DNA of 64,000 nucleotides from NCBI GenBank assembly GCA_032123675.1, contig JAQBEX010000086.1:4713-68712 (forward strand). The letters run 5' to 3'. Under the pieces are notes generated by a model. The model was not told the origin of the DNA and searched no databases. It saw only the letters and a list, made by a program, of their open reading frames with translations. Both the position numbers and the translations under genes were made by a program. Positions 11,816 through 20,799 of the stretch are shown here, piece by piece; positions within the stretch are counted from its first letter, which is position 1, and each line of letters begins with the position of its first letter. The stretch comes from Actinomycetes bacterium. Its GTDB lineage: Bacteria > Actinomycetota > Actinomycetes > S36-B12 > CAIYMF01.

Positions 11816-13315
11816 TCAGGTCCGATCCGGGGGCAGATCGATCGAGACCGTCGTCCGGTCGCGGTCACGGCCGATCGTCAAGGTCCCGTCGAGTTCTTCG
11901 CGGATCAGTGTGTCGACGATCCGCAAGCCCAGCCTCGGTGACGCCGAGACCGTGAAGCCGTCCGGGAACCCGACGCCCCCGTCGGTGACGGCGATGTGCA
12001 GTCCGGCCTCGTCTCGGTGGCTGCTCAGCTCCACATCCGCGGCGCCGTGCTCGATGGCGTTGGCCAGCAGCTCGACCAGAGCCATCGCCAAGGCAGTGGC
12101 CTCGTCGGCGGACACCTCCCCGAACGTCCCGGTGCGCACGGTCATCCGCTGACCGGCGTCGGCCGCCGAGGTCTGGCGCACCATCGTCACCAACCGATCT
12201 GCGACCGCGTCGAAGCGGACCTCCTCCGTGCTCGCCCGTGCCAGCAGGTCGTGAACGACGGCGATCGCCGCCACCCGGCGCTCAGCCTCGGCGAGCGCCC
12301 CCGCGGCCCCCGGCTCGTCCAGGCGCCGGCCCTGCATCCGCAGCAGGGCAGCGACCGTCTGCAGGTTGTTCTTGACCCGGTGATGGATCTCCCGGATGGT
12401 CGCGTCCTTGCTCAGCAGTGCCCGTTCCCGCCGACGCAGCTCAGTGACGTCCCGGACCAGGACCAGGGACCCGCCGAGTCCCGCCCCGGAGCGCAGCGGC
12501 AAGGCCCGGACCGTGACCGTGGCCGTGTCCGAGGACAGCTCCACCTCACCGGGCATCCGTCCCCCGCAGACCAGCGCCAAGCTCGCGTCAACGGCACCTC
12601 CGCGACTCGCGATCCGCCCGCTGACGGCCCCCAGGTGCGCACCGACGAGATCCGTGGCCAGGCCCAGCCGTCGGAAGGCCGACGACGCGTTGGGGCTGGC
12701 GAACTCCACGACCCCGCTGGTGTCCAGGCGGATGAGCCCATCGCCCACCCGAGGCTCCGCGCCCGTGGAGTCCGACACCTCGGGATAGGGGAACTGCCCC
12801 ACCCTGATCATCGCGAACAGGTCATCGGCGGCACGCAGGTAGGCGCGCTCGAGCGTGCCCGATGCGCGGGGCGCCGGCACGGCTGAGCGGGTCAGGGCAG
12901 CGATCCACGGCCCGTTGCCGCTGCGGCCGATCCCGATGGCCTCACCGCCGGCCGGCAGGAGAGGATCGGTCCGGGGAGCCACCCGCCCCAGGCCCGGCGC
13001 GGACGACGCCCGGTCGAGCTCGGGGCGCCGCCCGCGCGGCGTGAACGTGCCGACCAGGTCGTTGGGGTAGCGCGTGGCAGCCGTGGAGGGGCGGACCTGC
13101 GCGGCGGCGACGAAGCCGCCCTGGTTCCAGACGGGCAGCCACAGGATCAGGTCGGAGAATGCCAGGTCGGAGAGCAGCCCGAGGTCACGCTGGAGCGACT
13201 CGAGGTGCGCGATCGCCTCAGGTCCGAGATCCGAGCGATCCTCGGCGATCTCGGCCAGCGTCCGAACCGCCACCGCCACCCCCTGCCCTCCCCGCGCGCG
13301 ATGCGCATCGGCCAA
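11816..13315 (-). CDS. pdtaS: Cytoplasmic sensor histidine kinase, PdtaS-like (GAF/PAS + HisKA_2 + HATPase)
   Basis: The H-box is REIHHRVKNNLQTVAALLRMQ and a C-terminal HATPase is present. There are no TM segments. It is adjacent and convergent to whiB1, like Rv3220c. Confidence 0.85.
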   Translation of the reverse strand: MADAHRARGGQGVAVAVRTLAEIAEDRSDLGPEAIAHLESLQRDLGLLSDLAFSDLILWLPVWNQGGFVAAAQVRPSTAATRYPNDLVGTFTPRGRRPELDRASSAPGLGRVAPRTDPLLPAGGEAIGIGRSGNGPWIAALTRSAVPAPRASGTLERAYLRAADDLFAMIRVGQFPYPEVSDSTGAEPRVGDGLIRLDTSGVVEFASPNASSAFRRLGLATDLVGAHLGAVSGRIASRGGAVDASLALVCGGRMPGEVELSSDTATVTVRALPLRSGAGLGGSLVLVRDVTELRRRERALLSKDATIREIHHRVKNNLQTVAALLRMQGRRLDEPGAAGALAEAERRVAAIAVVHDLLARASTEEVRFDAVADRLVTMVRQTSAADAGQRMTVRTGTFGEVSADEATALAMALVELLANAIEHGAADVELSSHRDEAGLHIAVTDGGVGFPDGFTVSASPRLGLRIVDTLIREELDGTLTIGRDRDRTTVSIDLPPDRT

Positions 13316-13337
13316 CCCACTCGAACGCGAGCCGCCC

Positions 13338-14387
13338 CTACAACGTCCCGGTCTCCTTGGTCAGCCCTCGCGGGGAGTCCGGATTGAACCCGCGGGCAAG
13401 TGTCATCTGCAGCGCCAGCTGCTGCAGCGGGATGATGTCGACCACAGGATGGAGCTCCTCGGTGACCTGCTCGCAACCCAGGTCATAGCCGACGGTGCCC
13501 CGACCAACCGATCGGGCACCACCGAAGACGGTCACATCAGCGCCTCGATCAGCGAGTCGCTCGAGGACCGGCGCCATCGCCTCGGCTCCCCTGCCGTCCG
13601 GGACGACGGCGATCACCGGATGGTCGTGGTCGATCATGGCCAGCGGGCCATGCAGCAGGTCGGCTCCCGAGAAGGCGTTGGCTGCCACGTAGGAGGTCTC
13701 CATCAGCTTCAGGGCGGCCTCCCGCGCCGTGGGGTAGGAGTAGCCGCGGCCGGTGGTCACGAGCCGGTCGGTGAACCGGAACCGCGCGGCCAGGGCCGCC
13801 ACATCCGAGCCGCGCTCGACCAGGGACTGCGCTGCCTCCGGGATCCCCTGGGCCGCCGACATGTCCCCGCCGCGGTAGGCGTCGATCAGCAGCCAGAGCG
13901 CCAGGAGCTGCGAGGAGTAGGACTTGGTCGCCGCGACCGCCAGCTCCGGCCCGGCCAGGACGTCGAGGTGCAGCTCGGAGGCCGCTGCGATCGCGCTGTC
14001 CGGGTTGTTCGTGACTGCCAGCGTGGTGGCCCCGCCTGCGCGCGCTGTGCGGACCGTCTCCACGAGGTCCGGGGAGCCCCCGCTCTGGCTGACCGTCAGC
14101 AGCACGACATCGGACAGGTTCGGCCGGGCCCCGTAGGCCGTCATCGTCGACGGGGACGCCAGCCCGGCCGGCAGCCCCAGGGACACCTCGACCAGGTACT
14201 TGGCGTACAGGGCGGCGTGGTCACTGGTCCCACGAGCGGCGAGCAGGACGAACCGGGGGTTGCGCTCGCGGATGATCCCGACGATCTCGTGGACACGTTC
14301 CAGCGATCCGGGGACCAACAGGCGGGCCAGCGCCTCGGGCTGCTCGGCGATCTCGGCGGCCATCAGGGTGCCACGGTCCTCGGCCAT
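13338..14387 (-). CDS. SIS-domain sugar-phosphate isomerase/aminotransferase-like protein (GlmS C-terminal-like, no glutaminase domain)
   Basis: It has two SIS repeats (LLAARGTSDHAA, TVSQSGGSPD). The chosen start is ATG 14387 (MAEDRGTLMAAEIAEQPEA), with a GAAGGA SD 7 nt upstream. Confidence 0.8.
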   Translation of the reverse strand: MAEDRGTLMAAEIAEQPEALARLLVPGSLERVHEIVGIIRERNPRFVLLAARGTSDHAALYAKYLVEVSLGLPAGLASPSTMTAYGARPNLSDVVLLTVSQSGGSPDLVETVRTARAGGATTLAVTNNPDSAIAAASELHLDVLAGPELAVAATKSYSSQLLALWLLIDAYRGGDMSAAQGIPEAAQSLVERGSDVAALAARFRFTDRLVTTGRGYSYPTAREAALKLMETSYVAANAFSGADLLHGPLAMIDHDHPVIAVVPDGRGAEAMAPVLERLADRGADVTVFGGARSVGRGTVGYDLGCEQVTEELHPVVDIIPLQQLALQMTLARGFNPDSPRGLTKETGTL

Positions 14388-14464
14388 CGGTCGATCCTTC
14401 ACCTCGGGGGTGTCCACTGTATCTGTGCTGAGGGCACCCAACGACCGCCAGCGGGAGGTGCTCC

Positions 14465-14857
14465 TCAGATCCCGCGCAGGAAACTGCCCCGGTCGACGAT
14501 CGCCCGGACCACTCGGCCCGAGGCGATCTCATGAGCACGGATCCCACCAGGTCCGCCGTCCCCTGGTGGCTCAGTGACCTCCCGGGCGACGACGTCGAAG
14601 GCCAGGCCCCGGTCCTGTTCAGTGACCTCGGTGACCTCCACCTCGACCTGTGCTCCCACCGCGGATGCCCGGCGGTGGCGCATCCACACCTCGATCCCGA
14701 CCGTCGTGCTGCTCGGATCCAGGTGCGGTCGTGCAGCTGCGACGGTGGCAGCCTCCATCCACGCCAGCAGGCGCGGCGTGGCGAGCACGGGCACGTCCCC
14801 GCTGCCCAGAGCGATGGCGGTGTCCTCGTCGGTGACGGTGAACTGCTGTGTGCTCAC
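14465..14857 (-). CDS. Hotdog-fold thioesterase-like protein
   Basis: Frame of ORF 14465..15040. The chosen start is GTG 14857 (VSTQQFTVTDEDTAIALGSGDVPVLATPRLLAWME), just downstream of the bL37 micro-gene. Confidence 0.6.
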   Translation of the reverse strand: MSTQQFTVTDEDTAIALGSGDVPVLATPRLLAWMEAATVAAARPHLDPSSTTVGIEVWMRHRRASAVGAQVEVEVTEVTEQDRGLAFDVVAREVTEPPGDGGPGGIRAHEIASGRVVRAIVDRGSFLRGI

Positions 14858-14883
14858 GAAGGATGCCGCACTCCGATGATCCG

Positions 14884-14958
14884 TCAGGCGTTGGGGCGCT
14901 TGCCGTGGTTGGCCCCGCTGCCCTTGCGGGCGCGGCGCTTGCGTGTCCGCTTGCTCAT
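14884..14958 (-). CDS. 50S ribosomal protein bL37 (24 aa)
   Basis: Absent from the ORF track. It reads ATG..TGA = MSKRTRKRRARKGSGANHGKRPNA*. A GAGGAG SD lies 5 nt upstream. From memory, the ANHGKRPNA C-terminus matches the mycobacterial bL37 family. Confidence 0.75.
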   Translation of the reverse strand: MSKRTRKRRARKGSGANHGKRPNA

Positions 14959-15052
14959 GTCGACTCCTCAGATCCGGGACCGCCATCGTCGCACAGGCTG
15001 CCACCGACGGCGAAATCCGTTCCACAGGACCGCCGGCCACGTAGCAGGTGCA

Positions 15053-15577
15053 TCAGGCCCCCGGCTCCGTCCTGGCCGGCGTGTATGCGTCGATCAGCCC
15101 GGCGATGCCCGGGGCCGCCTCCTCGACGTAGCCGCGCGCAGAACCGCGCACCCGCCGGTAGGCCCGCCGCAGGGTGGCCTGGCTGGTGCGCTCAGCTCGG
15201 TCATCGGTGATCGACAGCAGCGCATCGGCCATGCTCGTGCGCTGCTCGGTCAGGATCTCGACCAGGGGTCGGCCGCTGGTCACGTGCTGCTGGTAGAAGG
15301 GGTCCAGTTGATCGGCGAAGGAGTCGAGCAGCCCGTCCACAGCGGCGGGCACGATGCCGGGGCGGATGCCCATGAGCACCCGATAGGCCGATCTGACGGC
15401 CATCCCAGGGATCCCCGAGGCGCGCTGGACCTCAGCGTCGACGAGCGCGCACGCAGCCGTGACCACGGTCGGCCGGACGCTGGGATCGGTCAGGTAGGCG
15501 GACAGGTGCACGGGGCCATCCTGCCGCACGGTTGCCGGTGAGCCGACGCGCCACTCACGGTTGCCCGGGATGCTCAA
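15053..15577 (-). CDS. Conserved hypothetical protein downstream of rshA (Rv3222c-like position)
   Basis: 174-aa ORF and third gene of the sigH-rshA cluster. The listed start overlaps rshA by 23 nt, so a later start is possible. Confidence 0.55.
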   Translation of the reverse strand: MSIPGNREWRVGSPATVRQDGPVHLSAYLTDPSVRPTVVTAACALVDAEVQRASGIPGMAVRSAYRVLMGIRPGIVPAAVDGLLDSFADQLDPFYQQHVTSGRPLVEILTEQRTSMADALLSITDDRAERTSQATLRRAYRRVRGSARGYVEEAAPGIAGLIDAYTPARTEPGA

Positions 15578-15830
15578 TCTGGATCCGCAAGCTCGCCAGC
15601 TCGGCAGCGAGCTTCGAGCGCAACTGGCCCGGTGCCACCTCGCAGCACGACCGCGCCACGATGGTCTTCACGATCCGTTCGACGTCGTACTCCTGCAGAC
15701 AGGGCCCGCACTCCTCGAGGTGCTGGGAGATCTGCGCGTGGTCCGCGGCGCCGACCTCGCCGTCGAGGTACTCGTACAGATGGTTCAGAGCCTCCTGGCA
15801 GTCCAACTCATGAGGGTTCCCGCAACTCAT
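15555..15830 (-). CDS. rshA: Zinc-binding redox-sensing anti-sigma factor (ZAS family, RshA/RsrA)
   Basis: It carries the HxxxCxxC motif (HLEECGPC) plus an N-terminal Cys. Its start overlaps the sigH stop by 4 nt. Confidence 0.9.
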   Translation of the reverse strand: MSCGNPHELDCQEALNHLYEYLDGEVGAADHAQISQHLEECGPCLQEYDVERIVKTIVARSCCEVAPGQLRSKLAAELASLRIQIEHPGQP

Positions 15831-16438
15831 GACTCATCCCCCTGTGCTGCACTCGGGATCAGGCCGCGGTCGACCGCGTAGTCCTCGAGGGTCGCGCGGA
15901 GCAGCTTGCGTCCGCGGTGCAGGCGGGACATGACCGTCCCGACCGGAGTGCCCATGATCTCGGCGATCTCCTTGTAGGCGAAGCCCTCAACATCGGCGTA
16001 GTAGACCGCCATCCGGAAATCCTCCGGCAGGGCTGCCAGCGCAGCTGTGACGTCGGAATCGGGCAGGCTGTCCAGAGCTTCGGCCTCGGCCGAGCGCAGG
16101 CCACCGGACGTGTGCCCCTCGGCGCGGGCCATCTGCCAGTCCTCGACGTCATCCGTCGAGGACTGCAGCGGCTCGCGCTGCTTCTTCCGGTAGCTGTTGA
16201 TGAAGGTGTTGGTCTGGATCCGGTACAGCCAGGCACGCAGGTTGGTGCCGTCCTTGTACTGGTGGAAGGACGCAAATGCCTTCAGGAAGGTCTCCTGGAC
16301 CAGGTCCTCGGCCTCAGCCGGGTTGCGGGTCAGCTTCAGTGCTGCGTTGTAGAGCGAGTCCAGGTGCGGCAGTGCGTCCCGCTCGAAGCGCGCCGATCGC
16401 GCGGCGTCCGACTCAGTCGGAGGCGGCGTGGCGGTCAT
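15827..16438 (-). CDS. sigH: ECF sigma factor SigH/SigR
   Basis: It reads [40 protein letters not shown]...[32 protein letters not shown]. The conservative start is ATG 16438. Upstream in-frame starts are TTG 16507 (GAGGAGG SD, 5-nt spacer) and ATG 16495. Confidence 0.9.
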   Translation of the reverse strand: MTATPPPTESDAARSARFERDALPHLDSLYNAALKLTRNPAEAEDLVQETFLKAFASFHQYKDGTNLRAWLYRIQTNTFINSYRKKQREPLQSSTDDVEDWQMARAEGHTSGGLRSAEAEALDSLPDSDVTAALAALPEDFRMAVYYADVEGFAYKEIAEIMGTPVGTVMSRLHRGRKLLRATLEDYAVDRGLIPSAAQGDES

Positions 16439-16535
16439 ACCGCAAGAGCCTAGCGGCATACAGAGGGCAGCCCCGGTGCGGGGCTCGTCGTGCATGTGAA
16501 CCAGCAAGGTCGCCTCCTCGTCATCCGGTGAGGTC

Positions 16536-16561
16536 AACACCCGCCGACCGGCTGCCATTCC
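16536..16561 (-). promoter_or_regulatory. SigH/SigR-type promoter GGAAT-N18-GTT
   Basis: The minus strand reads GGAATggcagccggtcggcgggtGTT. This is an exact match to the SigR/SigH consensus spacing, 29 nt upstream of TTG 16507. Confidence 0.7.
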
Positions 16562-16599
16562 CGCACGTGGGCCGGGTGGGCAGTCCTAGGCTGGTCGAC

Positions 16600-17859
16600 G
16601 TGGCGGCCACGAACTCCGACGGCTCGACGCGACCCTGGCTGACCCGCAACGTCAAGGTCCTGTCCGCGGTGTCCCTGGCCCAGGACACCGCAAGTGAGCT
16701 GATGTATCCGCTGATCCCCATCCTGCTGACGACCAGCCTGGGGGCTCCGGCAGCTGTCGTTGGCCTGGTTGAGGGGGTCGCCGAAGGCGTGGCGGCCGCG
16801 ATGAAGTACCTGTCGGGCCGGTGGTCGGACCGGTTCGGGCGCAAGCCGGCCGTGACCGCCGGGTATGGGCTCGCTGCGCTGGGCAAGGTGATCATTGCAG
16901 CGGCCGCCTCCTGGCCGGTGGTCCTCGTCGGCCGGGTCACAGATCGGATCGGCAAGGGCGTCCGTGGGGCTCCGCGCGACGCGCTGCTTGCCGAGGGCGT
17001 GCCACCCGACGCCGTCGGCCGGGTGTTCGGGTTCCACCGGGCCGCCGACACCCTCGGTGCCGTGATCGGGCCCCTGCTGGGTCTGGCAATCCTGACCGCG
17101 TCGGGCAACGACCTGGGCCTGGCGCTGTGGATCGCGGTGGTGCCGGCACTGATCAGCGTGGCCCTCGTCGGCCTCACGCGCGAATCCCGGACCCCGGTGT
17201 CGCGGCGCAGTTCCCCGGGGCCGGGCCGGCCGCTGCGCGATGCAGGTCCGGACCCGGGGCGCGCACCCCTGCCACGGCAGGTTCGCGCCCTGGCGACGGT
17301 GCTCGGACTCTTCGCGCTGGTCAACTTCCCCGATGCGCTGATCCTCCTGCGGGTCAACGACCTCGGCTTCAGCGCCGCACAGGTCGCCGGCGCCTACGCC
17401 CTGATGAACCTGGCCAGCGCCGCAGTCGCCTTCCCGGCGGGATCGCTGAGCGACCGATGGCCACGGTCGCGCGTGTACGCGCTGGGGCTTGTGTGCTTCG
17501 CCATCGGCTACATCGGCCTCGGCCTGGTGGACGGCGGCTGGGCGGTCATGGCCGTGCTGGTCATCTACGGCGGGTTCGCCGGGATCACCGATGGTGTTGG
17601 CAAGGCCTGGATCACCTCGCTGGCCCCACCGGCGATCCGCGGGCACGCCCAGGGGCTCTTCCAGGGCCTGGCCGGGGTCGGGATCCTCATCGCCGGGCTG
17701 TGGGCCGGGCTGCTGTGGACCGTTGGACCCGGATCCGGGGTTGTGCCGCTGCTCGCGTCGGGGACCATCGCCGCCGGCTGCGCGGGCGGCCTGTGGCTCT
17801 TCGGCCATCGGCTCGACACCGACCCGGCGGCTGCCGCAGGGATCAGCCCCGGCGGATGA
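16600..17859 (+). CDS. MFS transporter
   Basis: Frame of ORF 16276..17859, with about 12 hydrophobic helices. The N-terminal part of the listed ORF is antisense to sigH. The start is probably GTG 16600, with 16567 or 16576 as alternatives. Confidence 0.8.
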   Translation: MAATNSDGSTRPWLTRNVKVLSAVSLAQDTASELMYPLIPILLTTSLGAPAAVVGLVEGVAEGVAAAMKYLSGRWSDRFGRKPAVTAGYGLAALGKVIIAAAASWPVVLVGRVTDRIGKGVRGAPRDALLAEGVPPDAVGRVFGFHRAADTLGAVIGPLLGLAILTASGNDLGLALWIAVVPALISVALVGLTRESRTPVSRRSSPGPGRPLRDAGPDPGRAPLPRQVRALATVLGLFALVNFPDALILLRVNDLGFSAAQVAGAYALMNLASAAVAFPAGSLSDRWPRSRVYALGLVCFAIGYIGLGLVDGGWAVMAVLVIYGGFAGITDGVGKAWITSLAPPAIRGHAQGLFQGLAGVGILIAGLWAGLLWTVGPGSGVVPLLASGTIAAGCAGGLWLFGHRLDTDPAAAAGISPGG

Positions 17860-19315
17860 GCGCGGCGAACATCCCGTCGGTGTCGTGCTCGGCGGGCCAG
17901 AGCCGCAGGTACGGCCCGGCGATGGATCCCGCCGGAAGGTCAAGTTCCGGGCACTCGCTGACCGGGACGACGGTCCCGCCGAGCCGTTGGACGTCGGCAA
18001 CCACCGCCTCAGTCTCCGCCAGGTGCGGCGAGCAGGTCACGTAGAGCACGAGCCCGCCGGGACGCACCACCTCCAGGGCACGGGCCAGCAATCGACGTTG
18101 CAGGGCCGTCAGCTCGGTGAGGTCAGCCGGTGTCCGGCGCCACCTCGCCTCGGGCCGCCTGCGCAGGGCTCCCAGTCCGGTGCATGGGGCATCGACCAGC
18201 ACACGGTCGTAGCCGGTGCCGATGTCGTCGGTCGTGGCGTCGGCAACCAGGACCTCGTGCCGACCACGAATGGGCCGCAGCGATGCCTTGACCAGGTCAC
18301 CTCGGTGCTCGTGCAGCTCGACAGCTGTCAGGGAACCGCCCCGCTCTGCGGCCTGAGCTGCCAGCAGGGCGGCCTTGCCCCCCGGCCCGGCGCACATGTC
18401 CAGCCAGCGGACGTCGGGACCACCGAGCGCCGCATCAGCCAGCGCCAGAGCCACCACCTGGCTGCCCTCGTCCTGGACGCCGGCGGCACCCGTGGCGACC
18501 TCGGGGAGGGCGCCGGGGTTGACCGCGTCCACCCGGACCGCCAGGCGAGACAGGTCACCGGGACGGGCGGAGACGCCCTGATCGGCCAACCTGTCCATCA
18601 GCTCCTGGCGGTCGGTCGTCCGGCTGACCAGCGTCACCGCGCCTGCGGTGTTGTCCGCCAGCAGCTCGGTGGCGGTGTCGGCCCACGTGCGCTCGGGCTT
18701 CGAGGCGGACAACGCATCGTGCACCCCACGGACGATCCAGCCCGGATGCGACGTGGAGACCGACAGATGGGTCACCGGGTCGGACTCGAATGTGGGTAAC
18801 GACCCAGAGACGACGAGGTGATCCAGCCAGTCCGCGGCCGTCCCACCGCGCGCCACCCTGCGCAGCACGGCGTTCGCGAACCCCGCGGCGCCCTTGTTCA
18901 CGGTCTGGCCGACCAGTTCCACCGTCTCGGAGACCGCAGCATGATCACCGACCCGCATGTTCTGCAGCTGGTGGACGCCCAGGCGCAGGGCGTTGAGCAA
19001 CTCGGGCTGGAGCGTGTCGAGCGGGCGATCCACGCACTCGGCCAGGATCGCATCATGGCGCCCCTTCCACCGCAGGGCGCCGTAGCCCAGCTCGGTGGCG
19101 AACCCAGCGTCGCGGCCGGCGAGCTGATGGTGGGCCAGGATCCGGGGCCAGGCGATGTTGGCGTAGGCACCGTCGAGCTCCACGGCCCGGAACAGGTCCA
19201 GGGCCGCGAGCCGCGCCGGATCCATCCGACGGGGCGGCGCAGTCGGCGTGGGTCGCGTGGCCCGGCCGGCGCGGGCGCCACGCCGTGAGCCAGTGCGCCG
19301 GTGGTCGTCAGCCAA
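17843..19315 (-). CDS. rsmB: 16S rRNA (cytosine-C5)-methyltransferase RsmB/Sun
   Basis: It has an N-terminal NusB-like domain and a SAM-MTase core ([28 protein letters not shown]). It lies downstream of fmt. Confidence 0.9.
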   Translation of the reverse strand: MADDHRRTGSRRGARAGRATRPTPTAPPRRMDPARLAALDLFRAVELDGAYANIAWPRILAHHQLAGRDAGFATELGYGALRWKGRHDAILAECVDRPLDTLQPELLNALRLGVHQLQNMRVGDHAAVSETVELVGQTVNKGAAGFANAVLRRVARGGTAADWLDHLVVSGSLPTFESDPVTHLSVSTSHPGWIVRGVHDALSASKPERTWADTATELLADNTAGAVTLVSRTTDRQELMDRLADQGVSARPGDLSRLAVRVDAVNPGALPEVATGAAGVQDEGSQVVALALADAALGGPDVRWLDMCAGPGGKAALLAAQAAERGGSLTAVELHEHRGDLVKASLRPIRGRHEVLVADATTDDIGTGYDRVLVDAPCTGLGALRRRPEARWRRTPADLTELTALQRRLLARALEVVRPGGLVLYVTCSPHLAETEAVVADVQRLGGTVVPVSECPELDLPAGSIAGPYLRLWPAEHDTDGMFAALIRRG

Positions 19316-20234
19316 GGCGCTCGCCCGGCTCCACGCGGACGCCGCGGGCCCAGTCGCCGGCCGGCATGAGCCGCTTGCCCTCGGCCTTGACGTCCCCGAG
19401 CAGCACCGCGTGGGTCGCGGTGCCCACCCAGATGCGGTTCTTCAGCACGCGGAGCTCGCCTGCAGGCAGGTCCGTCACCTCCGGCGCGAGCCGGGCCGGG
19501 CCCAGCTTCACCCGCTCCCCCCGGAACTGGCTCCACGCCCCCGGGGCCGGGGTGCAGCCCCGGATCAGCCGATCGACACGCATCGCCGGGTCCGTCCAGG
19601 ACACACGTGCGTCCTCGACCGTGATCTTGGGGGCCAGGCTCACCCCGTCAACTGACTGAGGCACCGGAACCAGCGCACCAGCCTCGAGACCGTCGAGGGT
19701 GGCGACCAGCAGGCCGGCTCCCGACTCCGCGAGTCGTCCCAGGACGTCGCCCGCGGTGTCGGTGGCACCGATCGCATCGGTGACCACACCGAACACCGGA
19801 CCGGTGTCCAGACCCTCCTCGAGCAGGAACGTGCTGGCGCCAGTCACCTGGTCACCGGCCATCACGGAGTGCTGGACAGGGGCCGCGCCGCGCCATGCGG
19901 GCAGCAGCGAGAAGTGCAGGTTCACCCAGCCGTGCGACGGGATGGCCAACGCACTGGGCGGGATCAGCCCGCCGTAGGCCACGATCGGGGCCGCCTGCGG
20001 CTCGATCTCGGCAAGCCGGTCGAGGAACGCAGGGTCACGGACACGTTCGGGCCGGAGGACCTCGATCCCGTGCGCCAGGGCGATCTCCGCGACCGGCGAG
20101 GGCATCAGTCGGCGGCCGCGCCCAGCCGGGGCGTCCGGTCGGGTCAGTACGGCGACCACCTCGTGCGGGGACGCCAGCAGGGCATTGAGCGCCGGCACCG
20201 CAGCCTGCGGGGTCCCGGCGAAGAGGACCCGCAT
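19308..20234 (-). CDS. fmt: Methionyl-tRNA formyltransferase
   Basis: It reads [20 protein letters not shown]...[20 protein letters not shown] 20234 shares one nucleotide with the def stop (TGATG). Confidence 0.95.
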   Translation of the reverse strand: MRVLFAGTPQAAVPALNALLASPHEVVAVLTRPDAPAGRGRRLMPSPVAEIALAHGIEVLRPERVRDPAFLDRLAEIEPQAAPIVAYGGLIPPSALAIPSHGWVNLHFSLLPAWRGAAPVQHSVMAGDQVTGASTFLLEEGLDTGPVFGVVTDAIGATDTAGDVLGRLAESGAGLLVATLDGLEAGALVPVPQSVDGVSLAPKITVEDARVSWTDPAMRVDRLIRGCTPAPGAWSQFRGERVKLGPARLAPEVTDLPAGELRVLKNRIWVGTATHAVLLGDVKAEGKRLMPAGDWARGVRVEPGERLG

Positions 20235-20779
20235 CAGCCCAGGCCCGGTCGGATCGAGTGCGGGCTGAACCGGATCTGTGGGGTCGGTTGGCCGAACCAC
20301 TCGGACTCCCGGATCTCCTTCATGGCGGCCTTGCGACTCTCGGTGTCCAGCCGATCGATGAACAGGATCCCGTCAAGATGGTCGGTCTCGTGCTGGACAC
20401 ATCGCGCCAGGAGCTCCGAGCCCTCGATGGTCATCGGCTCCCCGTGCATGTTCATGCCCCGGGCCACGACCCGCAGTGCCCGCTTGGTGTCATAGGTGAG
20501 CCCGGGCAGGGACAGGCACCCCTCCTCGCCGTCCTGCTGCTCGTCGGACAGGTCGAGGCTGGGGTTGATCAGGTAGCCGACCTCGTCGTCGACCCAGTAC
20601 GTGAAGACCCGCAGGGACACGCCGATCTGCGGCGCCGCCAACCCGACGCCGGGGGCGTCCATCATGGTGTCGGTGAGGTCGGCGACCAGCGTGCGCAACT
20701 CCTTGTCGAAGGTCTCGACCGGAGCGGCGGGTGTCCGCAACACGGGGTCGCCGAACAGTCGGATCGGTTGCAGCGGCAT
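20234..20779 (-). CDS. def: Peptide deformylase
   Basis: [16 protein letters not shown] and HETDHLDG motifs are present. Confidence 0.95.
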   Translation of the reverse strand: MPLQPIRLFGDPVLRTPAAPVETFDKELRTLVADLTDTMMDAPGVGLAAPQIGVSLRVFTYWVDDEVGYLINPSLDLSDEQQDGEEGCLSLPGLTYDTKRALRVVARGMNMHGEPMTIEGSELLARCVQHETDHLDGILFIDRLDTESRKAAMKEIRESEWFGQPTPQIRFSPHSIRPGLG

Positions 20780-20799
20780 GCCCCCATTCTAGAGCCGGA

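Noticed and set aside
16276-16599. N-terminal 108 codons of the MFS ORF
   Set aside because: They are antisense to the sigH coding region and Arg/Pro-rich. The transporter-like sequence starts near 16600.
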